Origin: Podarcis pityusensis
Lineage: Eukaryota
Length of the DNA: 64,000 nt
Reading direction: 5' to 3' (one strand)
Assembly (NCBI GenBank): GCA_964106645.2
Contig: OZ067040.1
A program made the translations under genes and the position numbers. Positions 1 through 13,411 of this stretch are shown here, piece after piece. Each line of letters opens with the position of its first letter. The first letter of the stretch is position 1. The notes under the pieces were generated by a model, which had not been told where the DNA came from, ran no database searches, and saw only the letters and a list, made by a program, of their open reading frames with translations.

Positions 1-384
1 AAAACCACCTCACACTCAAGCTTTGTGTATTATGCAGCATGCAAGTAGTCAAGGTACCATAAACCTTTTTGAAACCATTAGTGCTGGCTTGAAGCATTCT
101 GCCATTAAAGCCTCTGCTGAAATATGCAGCAAAAGAAAGCATCTAGCCCGGAGGTTGAATCAGGATAATGCTGCCCTCACCAGTACTGCTCTTTATAAGC
201 AGGTATGGATGTACTCAGTGTTTTGCTACCTTTTAATTATTTAAAGTTTACCTACTAAGAGAAGCACAGGTGCCATTTTGGGTGAGCAGCAGGGTATGTA
301 ACGGGCTCTCTTAAGGGATTAAATAATTGGCAACTTCTCAGCTGTGCTGACACCAAGCCTGACTCATAACAAATTCATCCAATT

Positions 385-800
385 GTTTATTTTATTTATT
401 AAATTTACATACAGCTCTTCATCTGAGGATCACAGGCCATTTTACAGTACAAAAACACAAAAATACATAACATAACTAAACAGTACCCCCTCCCAAGACA
501 CACAGAGTTTAAAAAAGGCCATAGATGATATAATACGCCAAAATCTTGGGTGACGAAGTGTGTTTTTGCTTGACACCTAAATATATGTAATGAAGGCACC
601 AGGTGAGCATCCCTGGGGAAAGCCTTCTATATGGGGAGCCGCTACAGAAAAGGCCTGTTCTCATCCTGCCACACTCTGCACCTCTCACAGAAAAGGAACA
701 TAAAGAAGCGCCTCAGATTATTATCACAGCGTCTGGGTCAGTTCATATGGGGAGAGGTGGTCCTTGACGTATTGTGGTCCTGAGCTGTTTAAAGTTTTAG
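385..800 (-). mobile_element. L2-type LINE 3' fragment, degraded
   Basis: (TTTA)n tail; minus-strand AFSVAAP-like ORF2 C-terminal remnant shared with other L2 copies in the window. Confidence 0.6.
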
Positions 801-2470
801 AGAATCCTGCCCCCTGCCTTCTTTTAAAAGGTATCTGAAGCTAAATTTAGGGTACCACAGAGGATTTATCATAGTAAAATTGTCATCATCTTTTACTTCA
901 AGAGAAATATGAGTTCTGAAAGCTTTTTGAGGAGGAGTGGATCAGGGAGGAAAAATCTTTTCCCCCTTCCTATAATCATAAGGGCTACAGCCTTACTTGG
1001 TTGTAAATGAAAACTGAAGAGGGCCACCAAAATTATGGGTGCCTGAACAACTACCGCAAACCTAACACACCCTACTGTTATCTGTTCTAAATAATACATG
1101 TAGGCCAGCTGTAGAAACTGACACTCATTATACTTTCTTGGACGGCGATATCACAGCATAAATGATAACTTTTAAAAATAAATCACATACAACCATATGT
1201 GCAAATACTGGAATATTTTTTGGGGGGGGGGGTTAGAATCATGGAAAATTCAGCATTGCTCTGTAAACAGGTTAGAGAAGATAGCTTATAAATGTTTTAA
1301 AATACTTTCACACTTACACAAACATTTGAGATTGAACTCAGAGTTTAATTGGGGATTTGAACTCTATTTGAAAGTATTAAGACAACCTGAATTACAGATT
1401 CCTTATAAATGTATTTTATTCTTATGGTAGTACAAAAATTAACTGTTTCCCTTCTGGGTTTTTAGAAGGTTTGCATTTTTCAGAGTTAGAAGGTACACTG
1501 AAAAAGGCTTATGGGAAATATCTGCAGGGCAGACTATTCTGTATTCACCATATGCACAGCATTTCTTTCCTTAAACATTTTATTAACCTTCTGCTGATGC
1601 AAAATGATTGCTGATCAAGCAATAGATGGGGGGTCAGTCCTGCAATTATGTTTTGAATTCTATTCAAACATATCTCACCCAGCATGAAAGGGTGGGGATG
1701 GGAGTTGATAAAATGAGTTGTTCTTGAAATGGGGTCTTTTAGAAGAACAATTAACCTACAATAACTGTTCTGGCCTCATCTTAAGCCCCTGAATAGTAAT
1801 CCTTCCTCATTAACTTCAAGTCTAATTAGCACCAGTAATGAAAACTGCTTCTGAAATAATCATAAGGTCATGCTCCCTCCATCTACAAAGTCTAATAATA
1901 CCAATTAGTGCACTGGCCATTTTAATTTAACCACATGGCCATCCAGTTAGTCAACAGACATGGGCTGGGGGAACCTGTGCACCTGGGATAAGTCACAGCT
2001 TGGAATTAGTGAGCAGACTTGAGTCAAGCCACAGGTATGGCCACATTTTGGCTGGATCTAGAGACATCAAAGAAGCGTTTCTCTTTTGTCTTTCTTCCCT
2101 TCTCCTTGTCATCTGGTGTTTTTTTTTTCTGTTAATGCTCACAGCATTTCTTCTGTGTCGTCTTAAGCATGGCATACAACTTTTCTCAAACTATACACAG
2201 CAAGTGGTCTTAGGGAGCAGTGGGTAGGTCAGTTGTAGCCTGTTTGGGGTGTTGTTTTTGTACCAAGCATTTTATGACTGTCAGATATACCTAGAATTTA
2301 GCACCTGCACTATTACTTATCGGAGATTCTTGTACTCAAAAATCCATAAATAAATGTGCCTGTTTTATTTTATTTTTAAAGAAAGCTGTTGGGGGCTACT
2401 AGAATAACAGCAGAACTGGAGGCCTGGGTTCTTCTTGAGAATGTTATTTGATTTTCTAAAAGATATAGGG

Positions 2471-2605
2471 CAGGCATAGGCAAATTCGTCCCTCCAGATG
2501 TTTTGGGACTACAATTCCCATCATCCCTGACACTGGTCCTGTTAGCTAGGAATCATTGGAGTTGTAGTCCCAAAACATCTGGATGGCCGAGTTTGCCTAT
2601 GCCTG
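2471..2605. mobile_element. 135-bp palindromic hAT (Charlie-like) MITE
   Basis: TIRs CAGGCATAGGCAAA / TTTGCCTATGCCTG; perfect 8-bp TSD ATATAGGG (2463-2470, 2606-2613) with central TA. Confidence 0.9.
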
Positions 2606-3177
2606 ATATAGGGCCTGAAGAGGACCCCTTTGGTGAAGTGTGAGCTCATGAAGAGCTTCTATTTTCTGCTGGTCTAATACTCCAAGTGAAGATATTTCAA
2701 CTAGGTGAAATGTGACCCATTGATTGGATCAACTAATAATTTGTTGTAAGCTTCAGATTTGCAAGTTTTTCTTCAGGTATGGGCAATCAGGGTGGAAAAA
2801 AGAAATCCTACAAATGCAGCTAAACTGGAAGATACCTGGCTGAGGCTAGTGCTCTGTGAACAAAGGATTATAAAATCATATTGTAGTAATTAATAAGATT
2901 ACACTCAGTTAGACTTTGCCCAGAGGAACAGTTATTTCTGCCTTATGGAGAATATGTGATGGAAATTTTCAATATTGCAATCACTTAGTTTGATAAAAGA
3001 TATAATTTAATTTACTACATATCTCTCAGTATACGAGATACAATAGTGCTGCTGACATTTCATAGCAGACTTGAACAGGTACTAACTGAATGGTGCTGAA
3101 GGCCAGCTCAGGAAAAGTGTGCACAGGATCGCATCCTTGGAGATGTTGGCACTGGACCTTGGATGGGCAGATCTGTC

Positions 3178-3211
<34 letters not shown>

Positions 3212-3580
3212 CTTTATTTATATCCCGCCCTCCCCAGCTGAAGCCGGGCTCAGGGCGGCTAACAACAATAAAACAGTATAAAAGTACAGCATAAACAACA
3301 CTCTAAAATCATTCATTATAAAATTAATTAATTCAAGCCACTGGCAACCATTGGGCCAGAGCTCCGCGAAGATTGCCGAGGGAGGGAGTCAGGCTGTGCC
3401 CTGGCCAAAGGCCTGGTGGAACAGCTCTGTCTTGCAGGCCCTGCGGAAAGATGTCAAGTCCCGCAGGGCCCTGGTCTCTTGTGACAGAGCATTCCACCAG
3501 ATCGGAGCCACAGCCGAGAAGGCCCTGGCTCTAGTTGAGGCCAGCCTAACTTCTCTGTGGCCTGGGACCTTCCAGATGTC
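3178..3580 (-). mobile_element. L2 LINE 3' end with (TAA)n tail
   Basis: Track ORF 3389-3631 contains TRARAFSAVAPIWWNAL...FRRACKTELFHQAF, an L2 ORF2 C-terminus; microsatellite tail 3178-3210. Confidence 0.85.
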
Positions 3581-5370
3581 TATTCTGGGCCTGTCTATTC
3601 TTATTTCTATTAATTTCCTCAGTTTCCCCATCTTTCAGTACTCCACAGTTCAGTACTCCACATTTCTGCATCAGTTTGCAATTTAATTATTTATTTAAGA
3701 AGCGCTTGTGAAAATTCATCGGCATTTTATTACAGATTTCTCCTAGTATAACACATTTTTGTATGTTAGTTTCGCTAATATGGGCATTTTTTTGCATACT
3801 TTACCCTGGTATATGCATTTTTGTACACATTACTTGGCTTACTTGGCTGGAGGACTGCACTGCAAAATTTGGAGATGTGCAAATTTGGAAGGATCACTGT
3901 GCTTCAGGTTTAGTTCAAGTATTGTTTCAAAAAGTGCGAATTAGGTAGGTTTACCTTTAAATGCAAACTGAATCAGATTTATTCCCAATGTTTTATTTTT
4001 GTAACTAAAAGCAGCCTCCTGGAAAGAAATTATGGAGGGGAGATGCAGCTTAACTCTTCCCCTTCCAGGCATTTTTGTGCATTCAAAAGCCATATACACA
4101 TTCCTCAGTATGCTTTTTATTTCACAGGGATAAATATATAGGTACCTGTCTCTTACCTGCTGCAGGACAAAAAGCAGCAGGAAGTTACCAATTTTTGGTA
4201 GAAAATGTCTGGAAGGAAAAAGATTTCATACCACCTGCTCATCCTTCACCGCTATTCACAGCTTCTTGTCACTGCTTTCAGTTAAAACAAGGACATTTCT
4301 GAGAAAATACACACATAGTAACATGTAATTTGGCTCTAAAATGTAGACAGTAAAAGCTACACTTTCAGTTGACACCAGCCAATCTGTACACACAAATTGA
4401 ATTCTATGGGATTATGCCCATGGTTTGTTTGTTAAAAGAAAAAGGGAAAAAAACATAGATTAGGTCACATTTGTAGTCTAGGTGCATGCTAGTGCCATCT
4501 TATGGATGTAGCCAGAACTACTCAATTAAAAGGAATGAATAAACTTGTACGGTCATTTATCAGTTTCTGTCAGCGCCTCCTTTCTGTTTTATCCCAATTT
4601 GGAGAATTACCTCTTTCTTGAACTCTCAGTTCCCAGCAATGTGTTTGTATAAGAGGTTCACCTTTCATACATACAGAAGTTTACAAGCTTATGGAGTATT
4701 TAGCCAACTCATGTATTTCGGAGAAAAGTGTTTAAATAATAAGATTTTAAAGCCTCGCTATCATTCAAAGCTGGTTTAGAGGAAGGCAGCATCCTGTGAT
4801 ATTATGAACTGATTCTGATTGCTTCCAGAGGCATGCTATGGCGCAGTGCTGCATCTGTGAACTGTTTTGCATTAGGGACAAGGGTCCCTTTCTTTGCACT
4901 TCATAATGATGAATGTGATTCCTGAAGAGTGGTTCTCCGGTTCCAACCTCAGCATTGATGTATTAGCTGCCTTCTGTGCTCTCACAACTCCACTTCAGCC
5001 CCCAAGGAAAAGGATGTGGCAAACAAAACGTCTGCACTGTTCTGAAGGTGCCCTGCTCTACCAGACCTGGCGAAACCTATGTATATATCTAGGGTGTGGT
5101 CACCACACTGACCACATTGTGTAGAAGCTAACTCAGCTGCTGTCACTGAGGAGCAAAAAAACCCCCACACCTTAGAGCAGGAGCTGCCAGCCTCTTGTGT
5201 CCTGTCGCTGGAAAGGAGCTGTTGCGTGGCCCCCAACCAAATGCAAGTTCATAATAAGGTAATAAATTGCAAGGATGTAACAATGTAAGCGAGGCCTGCT
5301 GGATCAAGCCCAAGTCCCACCTAGACCAGCATACTGCTCTCACAGTGGCCAACCAGATGCCTCTTAAATT

Positions 5371-5988
5371 AGGTAAAGGTAAAGGGACCCCTGACTATTA
5401 GGTCCAGTCGTGGCCGACTCTGGGGTTGCGGCGCTCATCTCGCTTTATTGGCCAAGGGAGCCGGCGTACAGCTTCTGGGTCATGTGGCCAGCATGACTAT
5501 GCCACTTCTGGCGAACCAGAGCAGCGCACGGAAAACAACGGAGAAAGGTTGTTTTCTGCTGCTCCAGAGAAGCGGACACGGAGCAATGGATCCAAACTAC
5601 AAGAAAGAAAGATTCCACCTAAACATTAGGAAGAACTTCCTGACAGTAAGAGCTGTTCGACAGTGGAATTTGCTGCCAAGGAGTGTGGTGGAGTCTCCTT
5701 CTTTTGGAGGTCTTTAAGCAGAGGCTTGACAACCATATGTCAGGAGTGCTCTGATGGTGTTTCCTGCTTGGCAGGGGTTTGGACTCGATGGCCCTTGTGG
5801 TCTCTTCCAGCTCTATGATTCTATGATTCTATGAAATGCCGTTTACCTTCCCACTTTCGAACTGCTAGGTTGGCAGGAGCAGGGACCGAGCAATGGGAGC
5901 TCACCCCTTCACGGGGATTCGAACCGCCGACCTTTTGACCGGCAAGTCCTAGGCTCTGTGGTTTAACCCACAGCGCCACCCACGTCCC
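5371..5988 (-). mobile_element. Sauria SINE (Squam1) interrupted by a CR1 insertion
   Basis: tRNA-like head (box B GGTTCGAATCC on minus), (ACCTTT)n tail, ~14-bp TSD TCTTAAAT(T/G)AGGTA at 5362-5375 and 5990-6003. Confidence 0.9.
5535..5834 (+). mobile_element. CR1 LINE 3' end nested in the Sauria SINE
   Basis: Encodes RFHLNIRKNFLTVRAVRQWNLLPRSVVESPS (CR1 ORF2 C-terminus); ends in (TTCTATGA)n. Confidence 0.92.
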
Positions 5989-6703
5989 ATCTTAAATGAG
6001 GTACTAGCTTTCAAATGAAGTAACTAAGAAGTGGAGTGCTAATCAGATAGCTTAAGAAAATGGGCTGAACCAGAGTTCCTTAGCACACTTTGAAATCATC
6101 AGCAGACAGCTGCCTAACATAAATCAGACGTTCCCTTTGAATTAACAGTGGATCTTTATCAACTCTAGGAGTTGATAACATACTGTTCTGAGTCTTATCA
6201 AAAAGACTCGTGTGTATGTGTGTATTTGATTGGTTTTGTTTATTTACTCTGGCCAATGCAGGTGAAATAAAATGGTGAGCATGCAACGTAGCTCAGCATC
6301 TCTTTAAAAGGACTCCAAGTGCATCCAAAATATTCAGGTAATCATGCGTCAAGAGAATCAGAAGTGCTACTTGCCTAGGATTACATGAACATGAAGAACG
6401 CCACAGACCAATAAGAGAGGCAGTTTTAGGGCAGCACAACCAGTTCCCCAGCACTGGACACCAAGCAGAGAGGATGCCTTGTAAGCACTTGCCCTGATGT
6501 GGGAAGGAGGCATGAAGGCTCTAGGACCCTGCAAGAGCCCACGGTGCAAGAACTGGGGGAGGAGCAAATGTTGGCCTAATCCAGGGCGCCAAAGCACCAA
6601 AGTCCATCCTTGCTAGTAGGATAATTTTGGTTAACAACGTTGGATTAAAAAAAGGCTTCGGGCGAGAGGAAGGTGGTTCAGTGTTTGTGTGCTGTGTGTA
6701 CGC

Positions 6704-6730
6704 TGTGTGTGTGTGTGTGTGTGTGTGTGT
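6704..6730. repeat. (TG)n microsatellite
   Basis: Direct reading. Confidence 0.9.
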
Positions 6731-7975
6731 GCATGTGTATGTGTGCACATGTATGTCTGTGAGCCCTTTAGCAGGTGTTATTTGAAAGCAGTGTGCTGGT
6801 TGTTGTAAAACTTGTACTGAAAGCAAGTAAAAGTAACTTATCACATATAATGTAAAGTGGGATACCAGAGTCATGCTTCTCCTGTTGCAGAATCTTTTCA
6901 CAACCATGGTTTTCAGCATAACAGTTCCAGAACAGCCACCATCAAAATAGCCCTGTTGCCATTAATGTACAGGCACAGTTTACTGGCTTCTGCCACCTGT
7001 CCCTCGCCACATCAAATAATATTTTGATTAAGGCCTCCATTTCGTGTTATGTGCATGAAGCAGGGAGGGGTTCACACAATTTATGGGCTCCAGGGTTATG
7101 CTGGTGGCCCCAGCCCTGATGTCTCACATTGAATGCTAACATCTGAAGAGGAGAAGCCTGTGTATATAGGCTGGCTTGCCCTTTTCAGATATCCATGCTC
7201 AACATGCAGACACCAGAAGGCATGAGTAGGGAGATGTGACTGTCAGGGTAGTTCAACATCCATTTAATCACATAGAGCCCCCTTGGCATGAGGTGGTTTT
7301 AGCTCAGGGCGCATCACCAGGGGTATAAGGCTCAGCAATGGAACATAGCTCAAGGCTATAGCCTAAAAGCATTTGACGCAGCAATGTTGCTACAGCTATG
7401 CTGTGAGTATGGTCATTGCCTGTATGGAACCCTGTATAAGCAGCATTGTCTAGGAATTCTATATATGCTACATTGTGTTCTGCTGAATGAAGAAAGGCAG
7501 GATATAAATGTAAATCTATGCAGTTAGGAATATTGTGTAGTGGCTTGTTCACTCAACAGGTTGTAGTGGTGTAGCATGCATTTTGCTTACATACTCTGGG
7601 CCATGCCCCTGCCTCAACCTAGAAAAGCTCCCACCATGTAGTAGTGAAGCACAGCCACCGTTGTCATGGACTTGCCATGGACCATCATGAGCCTTCTTTG
7701 TGGATGTGAGGTTAGGACATTGCTTTCCGTTTAGCCCTGCCTCTTCTCCCTTTTTCCATCTCAGCTTTTACCAGTTGGTCACCTTTCCATCCAGTTTACA
7801 TCATGGTTCACTGTAAACTTATTGGTGTAGGGTGCATCGTGTTGCTTAGCTATGTGTCTGCTGTTCCTTACAAAACCTGTGTTACTCTCACACAGACATC
7901 CACCCAAACACACTGTGTGCAATTATATGTCCCATTTTCTGTGTGGCATCTCAGTGAGACTTAAACACTTTCCCA

Positions 7976-8046
7976 ATGTCTGTCTGTCTGTGTGTGTGTG
8001 TCTGTGTGTGTGTGTGTGTCTGTGTGTCTGTGTGTGTGAGAGAGAG
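7976..8046. repeat. Interrupted (TG)n/(GA)n microsatellite
   Basis: Direct reading. Confidence 0.9.
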
Positions 8047-11000
8047 GGGGGGGAATGTGTGCGCTGTCACCATATGGAATACATGTGGAGGCCTCTTACC
8101 TATGGGTGTGACTTGGATGTTGAGACTGGAATGGCTGGTTATGTGTGGACTGCAAGGGAAATTAAACTCTTTTCTGAGAGGAAGCCTTGAGGTTGGTGGC
8201 TTCATGCATCACTTCACTCGCTGCCCTTCTCACTGCTAGTCACTGGCGCCTCTGACAAGGGAGGCACTGTGGACTCTTCTTGGCAGCATTTTGGCAGCAT
8301 CCTTCTGTATTGTGTGTGGGAGGAGGTGAGGACCAGGCTCCATAACATCATCATAGCCTCCTTACTGCTTCTGCATGTTGATTGATGCCCTCCATGCATG
8401 AATATGATGTGATATTGTCAGTACACAATGCCATTATTGACTGGTGCTGCTGTAGTTGCCACTGTGGGAATGTCTGTCGGTGTTGCTACATTATTTCTTG
8501 TATACTACTGTTCATGGTTGGTTTTCGGCTTTTGCTGCTGTGGGTACGTATGATTGAGACTAGAGGAGGTGCGCCTATGGTGTAGTGGATTGGCCTGTTA
8601 TTCTCAAAATGCATTTCTTGCCTAAATATTTAAAGACATAAATAACCTCCAGCTATTCCACCTTGTCATTTTAAGCTTTCTGACATTTATTGTTCTGAAG
8701 AGAAGAAAGGTCAAACTTATCAAATCTGCATTTATGCTTCCATGACATTTTTCTCCAACCAAATTTTTCTGAATTACAGAGGCAAGACAAATGTAGCTCA
8801 TTTCAGAAAGGACCTTTTTCATCTATGCATGGCCGCCTATGCCGTAGCACACATTTCTGAATATTCTTTGTATAAGGGAAGAGTAATAATTCTATCAGTT
8901 CAAGAGAAATTTGGGAAACAGTCTTGTGAGGTAGAGATTGCATTCCAGTTCTGCCACTGACCCATCAACAGTGTAGTCCTATACATGTGTACTCAGAAGT
9001 AAGCCAGGGTGAGTCAAGGGGATTTACACTCAGATCCGTGTGTACAGTGCATAGGGTTGTAGCCGAAATACCTTGGGGAAAGGAATTTAGACCTCATTTT
9101 CCAAACATAATGACTAGTTTTAGAGTGCCTTCCTTTCAGGTAAACAAACATACAAAGTGGTTTGAATGCAGCATTCAGATGCTTTGAGCAGCAGGTATGC
9201 ATGCAGAGTTGTTGCCTCCTGTTGATTTCTAGCTATAATTATATTTCTGCTAAATATTTACATAACGCAGTGTCCCTTGAGGGACTGCAAATTTTCAGAA
9301 ACAGATGTACAAAATAGCCCCAGCTAAAGTAATCACTTGAAAAGAAATCTTGTAGATTTTCCCATATATTAAACACTGTTCTGACTTGGCTGGTACATTG
9401 TGCAATATATTTTTACCTATCAATATTTTAGCAGGTTGGGTTACTGTTAAGAATTCTAACAAAAGGCAGCCGAATGATAAGCAAACGTAAAATTATACTT
9501 CAGGAAGCAAACTTCAGATTCCTTGGCACAAGTCTGTGTTTCCAAGTGTGATGCTCAGAGCCAGAGACAAATCCATATCACTGGCCTTCAAACAGGAGCT
9601 TGAACTTTGAATATCAAATATACATAGTGACCTTCGCATAAGCAAGTTGCAGACCGAAAAACGTTTGCTGAAATTAGGTGGCAAATAACTCTGACAAGCC
9701 AGAGACATCCATAAGCTACAGATAGGCAGCGTGCAAACAGGGAACAAGGCTACGGTTTGTCAAATAAATTGTTTTTCATGAAAACTGCTCAGGAAGGGAC
9801 GGCAGTGGGGAGGAGGGGTATAACTCACTACGTTTCAAAAGGACATTTTATTGAACAGATCAGAGAAAATTCAGGCATCCTGGCTGCTGAATCTACTTGT
9901 TCTCCTAACTAAACAAGACGGAAGCATGTATTAACTGGAAACTTCTCCAGAGCCAAGTCTATTTATATGAAACAGAATTCCAACTCTTGGAAAAGTCTTG
10001 GAGGGATCATGGATGAGAACCTGCTCAGGCCAGGTCTCTCTTTGGAATTGATGCTAGTTAAGCAAACGGAAGCATAATAAACAACATGCCAGGAGCAGTG
10101 CATATTATAGGTAATGACAATGGGGAAGATAATCCAATGGTCATAGTGCTGCCTTGGGAGCTTCCTTGTCTTCTGAAGACACTTTGCATCCATGAAAACA
10201 AAGCTTTTCTCTGCCACGTTTCCCCAAATGTAAATGTGAATAACTGCATCTCTTTACTATACAGGAATACAGCCTGTACCAACATTTTGGTACACCTATG
10301 ACTTAAATGTCACGTTTAACTATTCCAGCAGTTTAGAGGGAGACGGACATACAAATACTTATGATAGACACCAAGATAAGTCAGAAATTGAGGGCTATAC
10401 AGTTCTGCACTGCTTAGAAATTCCACCAAGCTCAGGTTATGCAGAAACTGCTCTTCATGCATAGTTCATAGTGCAGTTAAATTGTTCTCTGAACCTTACT
10501 TCTGTGGAGACCATTGAAAACCAATGTGGTCCATTGGGTAGTTGTTGTTTCTATAATTTAAACTTGGGTTCAAATCCAAGTTGAACTCATCTGTAAATTG
10601 AGAATGTTAATTACTGACAAAAATGGGCTATGTAGAACATGAACCAACTAATGGTAGAAATACAGAGACACACTGCAATTGTATACACTAACATCCTATG
10701 GAAGTCAATGGGAACTGAGCAGGTTTGAAGGCAATAGTTGCAAAAGTCATTTGCATATTCATATGCAGGTGATTAATAACTGGGCCAACTGAGAATTTTC
10801 ACACTTTAAACATTAAGCATGCCTACACATTAGACTGACATCAATGAGAATCAATGGGGGAAATATTCCTTTTGAACTACAGGAAGATTACCAGCTGAGG
10901 TTGCCTTGCATCTGAAGTTATACCCCATTCAAATGAGGCAAATACAACAGAATTAAACACAACCAAAATAATTGCACAGAGCAGATTTGTAAGAGCCATA

Positions 11001-12014
11001 GTGAGACAGCAGAATGAGGTAGTTATTGCCAGTAGCTTTCAGGATCTCACTCACAGTTTAAATATTTCACTCTTAGCACAATTTCTATTGTCAGGATTAC
11101 AAAATCAAACAAAAGGAATAGCAATAAATTAATTATCCATCATGATTATTATCATATGATCCAAGCCAGGGGTGGGAAATGGCCAGCCTGTTGAGACCAT
11201 GGAGGGTCATGGAGCCTCACCACCTGAACTGCAGCTTCTACTTCTTAGCCCCCCATCCTACCCCATCATTTAGGTTTGAAAACCTAATTCACACCTATAG
11301 AAGACTACCTTCAAGCATAATTCCAGCACAGGAACATTTTCAGTGGAATTGCAGCTGGGGAAGGAGTTAAGATTTAATAATGACTTTGCACTAGATATAA
11401 ACTGATTTGATAGTTTTTTCTGTTCTCCAGGGCAGGGAATGCTGGGGAGCTCTAGCAGAGAATTCTGAGCACCTTAATCAAACTACAGTTCACTGGCTTT
11501 TTTGTGGGAGGCCATGCTAGTTAAATTGGTAAAACCAATATATGTGGGTAAAATACGTAGCTATAGCATTAGTATCTAAAGATTTGTATACACACCACCT
11601 GTTACAGTATTACTCTAGTGCAATTGCTATCAGCCCCGAATTGTACTGGAAGTTGGCTGAATTTACTTCCTAACAGAGTCTCATTTGCTCCCAGACATGT
11701 TATATTTCTCTACCAGGGTGTCATAAAAATGGCCTATCCATAGCACATGATCAACGTCCTATCCATAGCATATAGGACATAAAGATACCTAACCGCAAAC
11801 TAAGAGTGTCTGGTGGCTTCCAGGATTGTGTATGTTTCCTGATCCATGGGGGTCCCACCCACAAGGACAGGTGATGGTCCAAGCAAGGGGGAGGTCTGTA
11901 GCCCCAAGATTCAAAGCAAACAGGAAGGCAAGGCAAGGAAAGTTCAGCACCTTGGTGAGGGACCAGTGTGTGGGTTTGAGGACCACTGTTAGTGAACCTG
12001 CAGAACATCTAAGT

Positions 12015-12150
12015 CAGACATAGGCAAACTCGACCTTCCAGAAGTTTTGGGACTACAACTCCCATCATCCCTAGCTAACAGAACCAGTGGTCAGGGATAA
12101 TGGGAGTTGTAGTCCCAAAACATCTGGAGGGCCGAGTTTGCCTATGCCTG
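12015..12150. mobile_element. Palindromic hAT MITE, same family as 2471-2605, opposite orientation
   Basis: TIRs CAGACATAGGCAAAC / GTTTGCCTATGCCTG; perfect 8-bp TSD ATCTAAGT (12007-12014, 12151-12158). Confidence 0.9.
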
Positions 12151-13183
12151 ATCTAAGTTGTCTCAGCAATGCCCTGAAGCAAAGGGCAAATCTTATAGCC
12201 TGGGCTAGGTAGAGGCTCCATTCCCTGAGTGCTACATATGGTCAGTTAAAGGGCCCTTTACCACAGAAGTTGATGTCTTCTAGACCCTCGTATTTCAGTT
12301 TGTGGGGATCTCAGAGCTCTCTTGATCTTCCAAGGAGTCTGTGATCCAAACATCAGGGTCTGATTCAGAGGAAGAGATGCAGACTCCAGTGTCCATGACT
12401 CCATGTGGCATAGAAAAGAGAGTTGATCCATCTCATCCTTGGGACTGCCATTGTCAGAAGACTTTCTCTCCAAGGATTCCTAGATTCTACATGATATGGA
12501 AGAAATACTACCACCTGCCACAGTGTTAACTTTTTGGCGGCTTATCCATAATGAATTTTAACTGTGCTATATTTCGCACTGAATATTATGTGAAGGAATA
12601 TAATGTTAACAAATCCTAAGGCTAAACCCTAAAGGGTAGGGCTATTGTGGAGTCTGCCAGCAGCTATTCAAAATCAGCAAGGCCTAGATTTAGGAGGGCT
12701 CCTACACAGGTACAACACAAAAACATGGACAAAAGGAGGAGCCCATCCTTCTAAAACTGATTACCAGGGTGGTGCCAAGAACAGCGATCTATGGAGAGGG
12801 AGCAGGCAGGCATGCAAAACCACCCTCTTTTTTCAGAATTAAAGACCATGGAGGGGGGTAGCACCTGAAGGCAATGTGGAAGACAGGGCATCAAAGGATG
12901 ATTCAGGAACAAAGCATTCTGAGAGTTACTGCATAGTGAGCCACAGTGACCTACCTCAAGCTACCTAGGAGAACATTCAGGCAGAGAATTTTCTTGGTGT
13001 CAGGAGAACTGTCAACATATTCTATTTCTAGAAGTCAATTACTGTGCCTGTCCCTCTGCTTTACCCCACTAGCCCAAATAACAGTCAGCACTGGCAGCAA
13101 AGTCCAAATGGAAGATTGCTGGGCAGCAGAGGAAGGTCATTTCACAACACCATGCAAAATTTCATGCTTTTTCTTTGTGAGTA

Positions 13184-13411
13184 CAGTGGTACCTCTGGTT
13201 GCGAACGGGATCCGTTCCAGAGGCCCGTTCACAACATGAAAAGCCCGCAACCTGAAGCGCCATATCTGCGCAGGTGTGCAGTGCGATTTGGCGCTTCTGC
13301 GCATGCGTGAGTGGCGAAACCCAGAAGTAACCGTTTCCGGTACTTCCAGGTCACCATGGGACACAACCTGAAAAATGTAACATGAAGCAAACGTAACATG
13401 AGGCATGACTG
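13184..13411 (+). mobile_element. Tc1/mariner (Tigger-like) MITE, family 1
   Basis: CAGTGGTACCTC ... GAGGCATGACTG ends, TA on both flanks; related to 57160-57419. Confidence 0.85.

Noticed and set aside
3158-3990. Older DNA-transposon-like element interrupted by the L2 at 3178-3580 (related fragment near 58515-58590)
   Set aside because: Plausible, but I could not define TIRs or a TSD, so it is not listed as a feature.
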